A stretch of DNA of 63,096 bases, filler included, from an uncultured bacterium (GTDB lineage: Bacteria > Hinthialibacterota > Hinthialibacteria > Hinthialibacterales > Hinthialibacteraceae): the NCBI GenBank assembly GCA_964449065.1. It is 7 parts of 7 records of this genome, joined end to end, with 100 filler letters (N's around TTAATTAATTAA, not from the genome) between each part and the next. Parts side by side here need not be neighbours in the genome. Positions count along the whole stretch, not along the records: positions 27,238 to 36,171 come from CAYVAZ010000210.1; positions 36,272 to 45,180 come from CAYVAZ010000212.1; 5 more parts are not named here. One strand, written 5' to 3'. A program made the translations under genes and the position numbers. This document shows, in pieces, positions 31,501-40,109 of this stretch (within the stretch, counting starts at the first letter, position 1; each line of letters starts with the position of its first letter). Under the pieces are notes generated by a model. It saw nothing but the letters and a program-made list of their open reading frames with translations, ran no database searches and had not been told where the DNA came from.

Positions 31501-32063
31501 AGTTGTTGGCCGCGACGGAATTGGCAGCCGAAGAAGCGGATTATTTACGGACATTGAGCCGAAATTTAAGCCAAGTGAAAACGATTACGGACAATTTCGG
31601 ATATGTTTTGGAGGTTCCACAAAAATTGATAACCTTCAGTATGATTTCCCCGGTCAAAATGGACCCGCAGATACAGGAGATGTATAAGCAGTTGCAAGGT
31701 GATATCAATGCCAGAACGATGCGGATTAATGCCGAGTTATTGGAAGATCGTGTGAAAGACTTGAATCCACCGGAAACCATGAAATCTGTACATAATAAAG
31801 CACTGAAAGCCTTCGCGTTGTTCCGCAAAGCGGCGCACGGATTTGAAGTATTCGGTGAAAATGATGTTTACGATATTGAATACCGCAATGACGCTTTCAA
31901 CCAATCGCATGAGCAATTGAAAAAAATGCTTGAACTTAATGAAGAATTGCAGTTCGCGATTGATTCGCACCGCCGAAAAGATACCGGGGAAGTTGTGCAG
32001 TGGAAAATGCGGAAGCTGGAACGGGATTTTGGTAAATGGTATTTTGATTGGAATGCCGAATAA
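28578..32063 (+). CDS. Large all-alpha lipoprotein with tandem DUF4398-like repeats
   Basis: Lipobox LTVG-C. Recurrent A..YAP..Y..A...L..A......Y..A...A units. AAGGAG RBS. Confidence 0.8.
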   Translation: MNSKRFFAQIFVIMLFPLLLTVGCAQREAQKALTEAQQAQEEAQGAGAPGYVPQMYTTAQNMLSQAQSQFDNGDYELAIETANTAQSRFVNAKEQVPRVKQRVDAQLADIETALSEAEANMQQARTVAQGILTPAELESGETLVSELRNEYESTVSREVDEEQLNAFLQRAQDAVQETQSLVNAPLKPDASAAKQELEDMMEQARELKADIHAPDRFAQVQQQMTQLDALERDGKWQGMIELADQIREPLNEIITVAQEKAAGDILNDLMAQINQAKAMNVANVAEFTSNLQQSETAWSEGQTALQEENYSLAIAAAEDAKAALDRADQALGTAAQNLIQTAESNLQAALALEAERYAPQVVSQIRDAAANAQEQIAEGNNSSAYSSAQRAAQVSEGASEAARRGKAQLSLNKVEQPFSVLHSQGGSKYAPQAYQSALSAIQRLRNLMSAGDYEQVVAGESEALQTVQDSLAELAKSAARFIERADQAIEASEYANAPDVVSMMHANAVNLRSAAEKELENEKYLNAIQKAEGAIEAAKNAENRAYQLRAEQNIREGDRLISLAEQAGQKALSPLAYRNAVEAKDETQQMIARREYQDAFERSEEAKELADQALNNLVYQAQNQVDDALTAKAMTYAKPEITQALTQLKTAEEAQNEKRYSIANEKAQQAYDAASRAEHFTYQQRSYALLQKLSDLKMVLEQDLVDVYTPALYQRALNHLAEAKVEQIEENYEESFYHADAAEETARLAYQTKLDAFDKTIANLQGTANWLGEHALDESGRSIKMNLLDAITEFKRQIALENYAQAHQAEAMAIQVAEETSMQLANLNRRILTGRLKEQLAEYEKQHALAIVPEKQEFFQDTFAKLQEPVSGNQYNELKSQYDEAVETVNNLPTDIETMANQRTDEIALIFQQVDDIVQQQRELQHQAELPPINFYADWTRELRTDLQWVRNSLEGGDYAEISARLTKLEEETNELLAATELAAEEADYLRTLSRNLSQVKTITDNFGYVLEVPQKLITFSMISPVKMDPQIQEMYKQLQGDINARTMRINAELLEDRVKDLNPPETMKSVHNKALKAFALFRKAAHGFEVFGENDVYDIEYRNDAFNQSHEQLKKMLELNEELQFAIDSHRRKDTGEVVQWKMRKLERDFGKWYFDWNAE

Positions 32064-32376
32064 TAAAAGGAAAAGAAAAAAACGTTGTTTTTGGGTGTTA
32101 AAATAATCTTGTTGTTATACACAAATCTTGATCATGAGTATTTGAATATGCGTTGTCTGGCGGGGGTAAATAAGAGGATACTATGAATTTTATTGATTAT
32201 GCAGAAATCGTATGCGGTGCAGGTGTGATACTGTTTGTGGTGTTTGTTTGCTTTACATTGGGATTGTTTGATAGAGAATAATCGCGATGGAGAGAATCCG
32301 TATTGGATGAATTCTTGCAGTAAAATAAAATGTAAAATCAATTATTAACGTCGTGTTAGATGTCAGGTAAAGTCTT

Positions 32377-32787
32377 ATGGTACAAAAAATAGCGGATGAA
32401 GTTATAGAAAAACGGTTTAACGAAATGATCAAACTTTGGAAGAAGTATATGATTCTTTTTGATCAAGCGGTTGCGGCGGACGACTATTCGAAAGAACTGC
32501 AGGAAGAGTTTTGTAAACTGCAATTGGAAATCACGCGAAGAGCCCAGTTTCTTCGGGTTGCAATTCCGGAAAACCTATTTGATGTTTGGAAAGACATGAA
32601 AAAATTGTTTGTCCAAACGCCAACCATTGATATTTTAAAAAAAGAAGCACCCGTAAGACTGTCAAACTTCCGCAGCATTTGGCATGATGTTTCTATTTCG
32701 CTCAATCAAAAGCAGGGACATTTAAAGGCTGTATTGGTTGAAAAAGAAGAAGAAAAGAAAAAAGGATTTTTCTCAAGAAAAAAATAA
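32377..32787 (+). CDS. Hypothetical helical protein, paralog of 28068-28463
   Basis: Same shared pattern as its paralog. Ends KKKGFFSRKK (amphipathic membrane-targeting-like tail). Confidence 0.75.
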   Translation: MVQKIADEVIEKRFNEMIKLWKKYMILFDQAVAADDYSKELQEEFCKLQLEITRRAQFLRVAIPENLFDVWKDMKKLFVQTPTIDILKKEAPVRLSNFRSIWHDVSISLNQKQGHLKAVLVEKEEEKKKGFFSRKK

Positions 32788-32819
32788 CTTGATTTTGAAT
32801 AACTTGATTTAGAATAAAA

Positions 32820-32844
32820 GGGATGAAATCCACTACTTCATCCC
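32820..32844. terminator. Hairpin between convergent genes
   Basis: GGGATGAA..TTCATCCC. Confidence 0.55.
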
Positions 32845-32933
32845 CTCTGCAATGGGTAGAAACTTCTGGAGTAGAAATTGTAGTTGGGGGCTTGTAGTTG
32901 GGGGCTTGTAGAGAAAACTATCGATGTAATTAT

Positions 32934-33272
32934 TTATTTTGTTTGATTCTTCAAGCCACTGGTCTCTAAATCGACATAATCATCCAAGTGGCATTTCTCA
33001 AATAGTGTTTGTAAGGTATCGCTTACAATAACCTTAAACCGCCCTTGCAGTTTGTCCACTTCCGATTTGGTTTTTACCACGACGCCGATACCAAAACTGT
33101 CTATATAGTTCACTTGGGATAAATCCAACGTAATAGCTGTAGCACCGTCTCCGACGGCTTTGTCAATTGTGCATTGAAGAGTGGATGCATTTGAAATGAT
33201 CACATCTCCAACCGCACTGATTTTAATTCCCTCATTGTAGGGTTCTGTCTTGACTATCATTTGATCATTCAT
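32934..33272 (-). CDS. STAS domain protein
   Basis: LDLSQVNYIDSFGIGV. Confidence 0.88.
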   Translation of the reverse strand: MNDQMIVKTEPYNEGIKISAVGDVIISNASTLQCTIDKAVGDGATAITLDLSQVNYIDSFGIGVVVKTKSEVDKLQGRFKVIVSDTLQTLFEKCHLDDYVDLETSGLKNQTK

Positions 33273-33329
33273 TTCGTCCTCTACTCATTCCTGTACAACT
33301 TTATAAATTGCATTCAGCTGTTCTATCCT

Positions 33330-34331
33330 TCAATATTTTGTGTGGAATGTCCAGGCCTCCGGTTTTATATTTTCACAGAAGATGATGCCCAATAACAGAT
33401 GCATAGAGATATACATCTGAGAAAATAAATCCCAGTCCAAGCGTCCTAAATCAGGATGCCAGAATGATGTCCACAACAAACCGATGCCGCTGCAAATCAG
33501 CAAAAACGTTTTGAAGGGTGTGTTCATTTGTTTTCGGAGAAGGATGAGAGCGGGGATTTCTAAGGGGATGGAAAGCAGCGCTCCTTTTTGATGGAAAAAT
33601 GCCAGCAATTCCAGATGGGCATACGAAAACAGCGTGAAGTGCTGCCCTTTTCTTTGGATTTCAAACCAGGGCACCAAGCGGCTGCTGTCTAAAAACAAGC
33701 CTTCGCGGGGTAAGCAAAGGATCATGAGAATGAAGGAGACAATAAAGAGTCCAAAGGGGAGTAAAAATTCCCATACTTCAAGCCGTTGGAACTTTTTCAT
33801 GACCCAAAAATAGGCGGGCAAATAGAACAAAAGCATCATGTGGAACAGGCATCCTAAAAACAAAAAGCAGAGAGCGGGATATAAACGGGATTGCTTATTG
33901 ATGTACCGCTCCATCCAGTAAATCGAGGCGAGAAAGCAACAGTTCACCCAGGCATAATGCTCAACCATACCGGCGAAGACCAAAAACGAACCGGCTGCCA
34001 TGTTGACAAATAAAAATACCGGATGGGGGCGGATGGCAAATAAGATTTGGATTGCGATGGCGCCGGCCAGCGCGCTGCTTAGTATAATAGAATGCAATTC
34101 ATCCCAACCGAACGGATTGAAGGCGAGAAAAAAGAATTTATGAATCAGCGTGGTCAGTACGGAATGCATCAGAACAGACCACCCTTCTTCCACCAATTGG
34201 ACAACATAGCGCCCGTCGCCGCTATAGGGCAGCAGTAAGCCGATGTGATAAAGCAACGCGGTGAGCAGGGCGGTGAGACACAAGCGTAAAATGAGGTTTG
34301 ATAAACCTGGCATTCCGTAAATCCCATCCAA
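33330..34331 (-). CDS. Polytopic membrane protein (GT-C-like topology, uncertain)
   Basis: About 9-10 hydrophobic segments. GDG, VEHY, FH and DLG..DWDLFS motifs. Confidence 0.65.
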   Translation of the reverse strand: MDGIYGMPGLSNLILRLCLTALLTALLYHIGLLLPYSGDGRYVVQLVEEGWSVLMHSVLTTLIHKFFFLAFNPFGWDELHSIILSSALAGAIAIQILFAIRPHPVFLFVNMAAGSFLVFAGMVEHYAWVNCCFLASIYWMERYINKQSRLYPALCFLFLGCLFHMMLLFYLPAYFWVMKKFQRLEVWEFLLPFGLFIVSFILMILCLPREGLFLDSSRLVPWFEIQRKGQHFTLFSYAHLELLAFFHQKGALLSIPLEIPALILLRKQMNTPFKTFLLICSGIGLLWTSFWHPDLGRLDWDLFSQMYISMHLLLGIIFCENIKPEAWTFHTKY

Positions 34332-34448
34332 TATTCATGAAAGAATTGGCAATGTAACATACTGTAAAAACATTGGAAAGCCCGCTTGACAATTCAAAGC
34401 CATTTCTGAGAGAATATATCGTATGATTAGAATCGGGGAGAACATGTT

Positions 34449-35090
34449 ATGCATAAGAACGGGTTTACGTTAATTGAATTGTTGATTGTAGTAGCCATCA
34501 TCGGCATTCTGGCGGCGATTGCCGTACCGAATTTCTTGAACGCGCAAATTCGGGCCAAAATATCGCGTGGACTGGCGGATATGAAAGCGGTGGCCACCGG
34601 GGTGGGTATGAGCCGCCTTGACCGCAATGTGCTCTTGGTCGATTGGTGGGATGATGACCGCGATTGGGGACACAAGCGCCTGGAAGAAGTATTTAACATG
34701 GTCGGTGCCGGTCCGGATTTTGAATCCCGCGATACCTTTGCCATTCTTGCTCCCATAACCAGTCCCATCGCCTATATGGCTGCGATTCCTGTCGATCCTT
34801 TTTCGGATAGTTTAGGAACGGCATCCTCATACCGGTATGGAGACAATGATCCGGTGGATTCGGATTTTGATCATGGCTATGGCGCTTTGTTCCCGCAAAA
34901 CGCGCCCAAGTTGGGGTTGCGTGAAATCGTGGAAAATGAATTTATTCTTATCGGTATCGGCCCGGATGGTGAGTTGGGTTTGGGGGCGGGATTCGGAGAC
35001 CCGAACCGCGCGCTTCCTTATGACTCATCCAACGGTTTGGTGAGTGCGGGAGATGTCACGCTGCGGGGCGGCGGCGGTATCAATCAATAG
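34449..35090 (+). CDS. Prepilin-type N-terminal cleavage/methylation domain protein
   Basis: GFTLIELLIVVAIIGILAAIAVPNF. Upstream TTGACA at 34386. Confidence 0.9.
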   Translation: MHKNGFTLIELLIVVAIIGILAAIAVPNFLNAQIRAKISRGLADMKAVATGVGMSRLDRNVLLVDWWDDDRDWGHKRLEEVFNMVGAGPDFESRDTFAILAPITSPIAYMAAIPVDPFSDSLGTASSYRYGDNDPVDSDFDHGYGALFPQNAPKLGLREIVENEFILIGIGPDGELGLGAGFGDPNRALPYDSSNGLVSAGDVTLRGGGGINQ

Positions 35091-35124
35091 AAGTTAACTA
35101 TCCATAGAGAAAGTTGAATATGAA

Positions 35125-35778
35125 ATGAAACAATCCGGATTTACGCTTATCGAGTTGTTGATTGTGGTTGCCATCATCGGTATCTTAGCGGCCATTGCGG
35201 TCCCCAATTTTTTGAACGCGCAGTTAAGAGCCAAAATAGCACGCAACCAAGCGGATATGAAGAATGTCGGCACAGCGGTTCAGATGTTGCAACTGGATGT
35301 GAATTTTTTTCCGGTTGATAACTGGGATGATGATACGGAACTGGGGTGTATGAGGCTTCGAGATTTTTTGAATAGCGTGGGCATGAATAGCGATTGCGAA
35401 TCGCGCGGAACGTTTTTGGTCCTGGCTCCTCTTACCAGCCCGATTTCTTATATGAGTTCATTGCCGCAAGATCCTTTTTTTACGGGAGCGGGCGCCACAC
35501 AAGTGACATACCGTTACGCGGATTATGAGTCTTCTTATATCAATGAATCGGGTACAAATCAATTTAATCATAATATCAACGCATTAAAGCCCGGTAACGC
35601 GGAAAACTTTAATCTGACCCCTCTGGGATTGAATGAGTTTATCCTCATCGGCAGCGGGCCGGACCGTACGTTTGGAAGTGATTCCGGCGCGGGAGATCCG
35701 TTTCGGGGCATCCCGTATAATGCATCCAACGGATTGCTTAGTTTGGGGCATATTATGTTTCGCTCCGGCGGAGGGTGA
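35125..35778 (+). CDS. Prepilin-type N-terminal cleavage/methylation domain protein, tandem paralog
   Basis: Same N-terminal motif. Shares VD.WDDD, ESR.TF..LAP.TSPI.YM with the upstream gene. Confidence 0.9.
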   Translation: MKQSGFTLIELLIVVAIIGILAAIAVPNFLNAQLRAKIARNQADMKNVGTAVQMLQLDVNFFPVDNWDDDTELGCMRLRDFLNSVGMNSDCESRGTFLVLAPLTSPISYMSSLPQDPFFTGAGATQVTYRYADYESSYINESGTNQFNHNINALKPGNAENFNLTPLGLNEFILIGSGPDRTFGSDSGAGDPFRGIPYNASNGLLSLGHIMFRSGGG

Positions 35779-36047
35779 TCACTGGTTATCAAGTTGTGAT
35801 GCCCCGGTAAAAAGTAAAATGGACAAAAATCCAATGTTGTATATTGTAGTGCAGGCGTCCCGCCTGCCCTTTTATAGTAGCAGGGGGGATCGACACCCGT
35901 CATTGAATCGTTGACCGGCTACGAGTTGGTTTTTTCAGGTTCGCGCGAAAAAATCATTGATAAAACGGTGAATAACTCATGGTACGCAAAATTCTATACG
36001 GTAGGTATTGTTGCGAGATTTAAATCCGTTTTGATAGACACTAAATA

Positions 36048-36171
36048 ACTGATGTTACGCAATCAATGATTGACGATTGCTTGAAAAATGGTTTTTGTTG
36101 TGAGCCAACTATTCTAAGTCAAACGCAGTGTCTATCGTCTTCTCCCTTTGGGAGAAGATAAGAGATGAGGG
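36048..36171 (+). mobile_element. MITE-like element, left part (cut by contig end)
   Basis: Starts ACTGATGTTACGCA. Near-identical to 44998-45121. Confidence 0.8.
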
Positions 36172-36271
36172 NNNNNNNNNNNNNNNNNNNNNNNNNNNNN
36201 NNNNNNNNNNNNNNNTTAATTAATTAANNNNNNNNNNNNNNNNNNNNNNNNNNNNNNNNNNNNNNNNNNNN

Positions 36272-36948
36272 AGATTCAGCGAACGATTCAGATAACGAGC
36301 ATGTCGTAACGAATGCGTAACATGAGTTAATAACTGATGTTACGCAAAGGGGAATATAAAGTTAAGTTGAAATTGAGGTCTATTAAAATCCTTTAATTTT
36401 CAGTACGACTATCGTCTTCTCCCTTTGGACTACTCTCCGTACTTATCTTTTTATGGTACGCAAAGCTCTATAGCAATTCAAGATTGGATAGACAGAGTGG
36501 ATAGACAGAGAATTGGTATTGCACTTGCCGTAGGGGCACATTGCAATGTGCCCCTACGCAACGTCTACGCAAACCTAAAACGCTCTAATTTATTACAAAA
36601 ACCGCCAGAAACTTGATTAAGTCAATGACATTGGGGTAGGGGGGATCGAAGCAAGCTTTCAACAACGCGAAATCCCCCGGAGCCTACGGCTCCACCCCCT
36701 CTGTCCTCCTTACGTCGGACATCTCCCCCAAATGCTTTGGTGGAGACAAAGGCTTTTGCAGGCAAGATGACTGCACTATTATAAATACAAATTTCCGTTC
36801 CGTCATTCATCGTGAACGTTTCTATTTGCAAAATGGTATAACACTGCGTTCACGCTTGTGAATAACTGATCCCACTCATTTCATCTGGATGGTTCATTTA
36901 TCACCCATCATATCAGCCTTGATGAACTACTAGGCCTAACATCAGCTA
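36272..36948. repeat. Nest of MITE ends and REP elements
   Basis: Right TIR at 36314-36327, new left TIR at 36333-36346, GTAG REP at 36530-36557, family B copy at 36633-36839, degenerate right TIR at 36933-36946. Confidence 0.75.
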
Positions 36949-36953
36949 TTAAA

Positions 36954-38633
36954 CTATTCATGCTGAATTGGGTTCACTTTCGTATTGTCTTTTTCGATTA
37001 AAATAAACCGGTTGGCTTTTACATTTTCATGGGTATCGATATGCCCGTCCGGCCAACGTACTTCTAATTTCTCAACTGCATCCGCACCGCCCAAACCAAA
37101 ATGCAGCCGAGTATCGTATTGGCTTTGGTAACTGCCGCCCGCGCGGACTTCATTCATCTGCGTTACGCCATTCGCCGTGATGGTAACACGCGCGCCAATT
37201 CCATTGGGGATACCCTTGCTGTCTTTCAGCATAATGTTGATCCAATTTCCTTTGCCATTTACATCATTGCGTAAGATTGTTGGTTTAGCCCGCCAGTTGG
37301 AGAGGACGATATCCAAATCGCCATCGTTGTCTAAATCGCCGTACGCCCCACCGCGAACGCTTGCCAATGTATGTTCATCAAAGCCCAACTCATCGCTGAT
37401 ATCGTCAAACGTACCGTCTCCCTGATTGCGGTACATTTGATTCGGCTGCAAATAGGTTGTGGCCGGGTCAATCTTTTCGATGTTGTCTTGCAGGTGGCCG
37501 TTGCCGATGAATATGTCTTGATTCATATCCTGGTCATAATCCATAAAGAAGCAGGCCCAGCTTACCATCGGCATACTGCCTTCCGCAAAGCCGGATGGGA
37601 TGGAGATGTCTTTAAAATACCCATCGCCTTGGTTGTGATAGAGCGTGTTGTATTGGTTTTGAAAGTTCGTAATGATTAAATCGAACAGGCCATCGTTATC
37701 GAAGTCGCCGAAATCCGTCCCCATGCTGCCTTGCTCCCGCCCATGCGTATCAAACGCGATGCCCGCAAACAGGGCGGATTCTTCAAACGTGCCGTCTCCG
37801 TTGTTGACGAACAAGAAGTTTTCCATCACATCGTTGGCGACATAGATATCCAGATCACCGTCGTTATCAAAGTCAGTACTGGCAACCCCCATACCGCGGC
37901 CTTGAAACGCGCCGATGCCGGATGCATCAGTTCCATCGCGAAAGGTGCCGTCACCATTGTTGAAGAACACCTTTGAAACCTGCGGTTTGTATTCATCCGT
38001 CTTGGCGGGGTCGCAATAGAGCGGAAAGCCCTTGCTGCTGCACTGCAAATGATTATCCAGTGGGCAGGTCACATAGTTGGCTGCGAACACATCCAACCAA
38101 CCGTCTTGGTTGTAATCGCCAAAACAAACGCCGCCTGCTAATTTGGGATTGCTGATACCGGATTGTTTGGTGATGTCCGTAAAGGTTCCGTCGCCGTTGT
38201 TGCGGTACAACACATCCCCGCCGAAGTTGGAAATATAGAGATCGATATGCCCGTCTTTGTCGATATCCGCCATCGCGCAGCCCAAGCCGTAACCGGTATC
38301 GCCGACGCCGGCTTCTTGCGTCACATCCGTGAAATTCATGTTCCCATCATTACGGTAGAGTTTGTTGGTGGGCTTGGTTTTGAAGGTTGTGCCCGGCAGC
38401 GCGGCACCGTTTAAAAAATAGATATCCAAATCGCCGTCATTGTCATAATCAAACACACCCATTCCCGATGCCACCGATTCCACAATCCAATACTTCCCGG
38501 AACTGCCGTCGGTATGCGCAAAATCAATCCCGGTTTGGTCCGTAATGTCGGTAAAGCCGTTCGCGTTTGATGAGTTGGGTTGCATGAGTGAGGCAAAAAG
38601 AAGAATTCCAATAATCGTTTCAGGATGATTCAT
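36954..38633 (-). CDS. CRTAC1 family protein (FG-GAP/VCBS repeats + ASPIC/UnbV)
   Basis: Repeated DYDNDGDLD / LYRNNGDGTF.D. C-terminal IGARV....GGSYQSQ...LHFGLG. Confidence 0.93.
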   Translation of the reverse strand: MNHPETIIGILLFASLMQPNSSNANGFTDITDQTGIDFAHTDGSSGKYWIVESVASGMGVFDYDNDGDLDIYFLNGAALPGTTFKTKPTNKLYRNDGNMNFTDVTQEAGVGDTGYGLGCAMADIDKDGHIDLYISNFGGDVLYRNNGDGTFTDITKQSGISNPKLAGGVCFGDYNQDGWLDVFAANYVTCPLDNHLQCSSKGFPLYCDPAKTDEYKPQVSKVFFNNGDGTFRDGTDASGIGAFQGRGMGVASTDFDNDGDLDIYVANDVMENFLFVNNGDGTFEESALFAGIAFDTHGREQGSMGTDFGDFDNDGLFDLIITNFQNQYNTLYHNQGDGYFKDISIPSGFAEGSMPMVSWACFFMDYDQDMNQDIFIGNGHLQDNIEKIDPATTYLQPNQMYRNQGDGTFDDISDELGFDEHTLASVRGGAYGDLDNDGDLDIVLSNWRAKPTILRNDVNGKGNWINIMLKDSKGIPNGIGARVTITANGVTQMNEVRAGGSYQSQYDTRLHFGLGGADAVEKLEVRWPDGHIDTHENVKANRFILIEKDNTKVNPIQHE

Positions 38634-38636
38634 GGT

Positions 38637-39986
38637 TCATTTTATTCCATTCAGTTTTCGCAGCAGGCGTGCCCGCCGATGTTCCAAATCTAGCAAAGAA
38701 ACGCCGTTTTGCCTATCCATACCGCTAAGCGTTACCTGTTGCAGCGCGGCTTCGGTATGGATCAACGCCTGCGCGAAGTCTTTGGCGGTATGCTCTAAAT
38801 ATTTTGCCAATTCAATCCGGGGGTGCGGTTCGATATCCCATTCCGCCATTTCCCGCCAATGCTCTACCGCCTCGGCAATGCGGTTTTCGCGCTTCAGCAA
38901 GGCTGAAAACTGCTTGCGGATTTGATAGGCCGTAATATCGTTTTGGCACGCCATCGCGGCGGCTTTTTTAAAACAGGCCACTGCATCGTCCAGCATTCCG
39001 TGCTCATCCAAACACTTGGCTGCCCCCGCCATTTCATAAGCCGAATGGCAATAGGTGAGCGGTTCGCGCAGCATGCAGCAGATGCGCGCCGTCATCATCG
39101 CCAGCGTCGCGATATCTTCGTTGTTGTGGTGCAGCACCGGCTTCATGCGCTCTAACCGCTGCCCCCGCACAAAATCAAAATACACATACGGGATCAACTC
39201 GCCGGGGATATCCCCTTCGCGCTTGTGGCCTAAAATTTGTTCCTCAATCGTCCCTAGGCGGCAATCCGGAAGCACATTGCGCCAAAACCGCCGTGCCGGA
39301 TAGAGCAAATCCACATGCGGCAAATCCAATATGCGGGTGTTCATCCGGTTCATCATATAACGTGCGTGGATCAACGGTACATCAAAACACTTGCCGTTAA
39401 AACTCGATACCGCTTTAAAGCCACGCAGCAGGTCTTCAAAATCATGCAGCACGGCCGGTTCATCGGGGAAGTCGCGCATGAAATACTGCCGGATGATAAA
39501 ATCATTGCCTTCAAAATACCCCGCACCGATCAAAAACGGTACGGTTCCCGTGCCGCCTGCCAGCCCGGTGGTTTCGGTATCGATAAACAAAATATCTTCC
39601 GGCTGGATGGTCTCCATTACCGGCTCTTTGCTTTGGATGACCAGTTCGCGACCGGTGATTTCTTTGCATTGGTATAGCAGCGTTTTTGATGAATAGGTAG
39701 TATCTCTGTAGGCAAACGCTCCTTTGGAATTCTCTTGTACATCCAGCCCAAGCGTTTGGAGAAATTTCTCTTTCTCCGTTTCGCGCTGTTTGCGGATTCC
39801 ATCCAGGTTAGAGGCTTTCACCACGCCGGGGATATTCAGCAGCTTGTTGGGAATGCGGCTGGGTTTGGGCGAAAACGGTTTTGTTTCCACCGGCATTGGC
39901 TCGGGCTCATCCACCGTACCAATACCGGAAGTGTTGTCCCGAAAGCGTTTGAGTTTTTCGTATAAAGTCTTCGCGGGTGTGTTCAT
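38637..39986 (-). CDS. RNase_H_2 (YprB/MrfB-like) exonuclease with C-terminal TPRs
   Basis: FIDTETTGLAGGTGT.PFLIG, SFNGKCFD.PL, HVDLL..ARR.W, HN.EDI, IELAKYLEH. Confidence 0.9.
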   Translation of the reverse strand: MNTPAKTLYEKLKRFRDNTSGIGTVDEPEPMPVETKPFSPKPSRIPNKLLNIPGVVKASNLDGIRKQRETEKEKFLQTLGLDVQENSKGAFAYRDTTYSSKTLLYQCKEITGRELVIQSKEPVMETIQPEDILFIDTETTGLAGGTGTVPFLIGAGYFEGNDFIIRQYFMRDFPDEPAVLHDFEDLLRGFKAVSSFNGKCFDVPLIHARYMMNRMNTRILDLPHVDLLYPARRFWRNVLPDCRLGTIEEQILGHKREGDIPGELIPYVYFDFVRGQRLERMKPVLHHNNEDIATLAMMTARICCMLREPLTYCHSAYEMAGAAKCLDEHGMLDDAVACFKKAAAMACQNDITAYQIRKQFSALLKRENRIAEAVEHWREMAEWDIEPHPRIELAKYLEHTAKDFAQALIHTEAALQQVTLSGMDRQNGVSLLDLEHRRARLLRKLNGIK

Positions 39987-40109
39987 CTTTTAAATTATAT
40001 CTGCTGTAATTATGAACGTTATACTAGCACAATTTCAATACATCTGCTACTCGCATATTTAGAGAGTTTATGGTAGGTTTAAGGGCAAACCATTCAGGGA
40101 GAACGAACC

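Noticed and set aside
32783..32911. Short two-copy tandem repeats (AATAACTTGATTT, TGTAGTTGGGGGCT)
   Set aside because: Only two copies each; consistent with slippage, with no sign of function.
36954..38633. Internal DNA repeats in the CRTAC1 gene as a DGR or shuffling signal
   Set aside because: Explained by FG-GAP protein repeats. No reverse transcriptase or TR/VR pair was seen.
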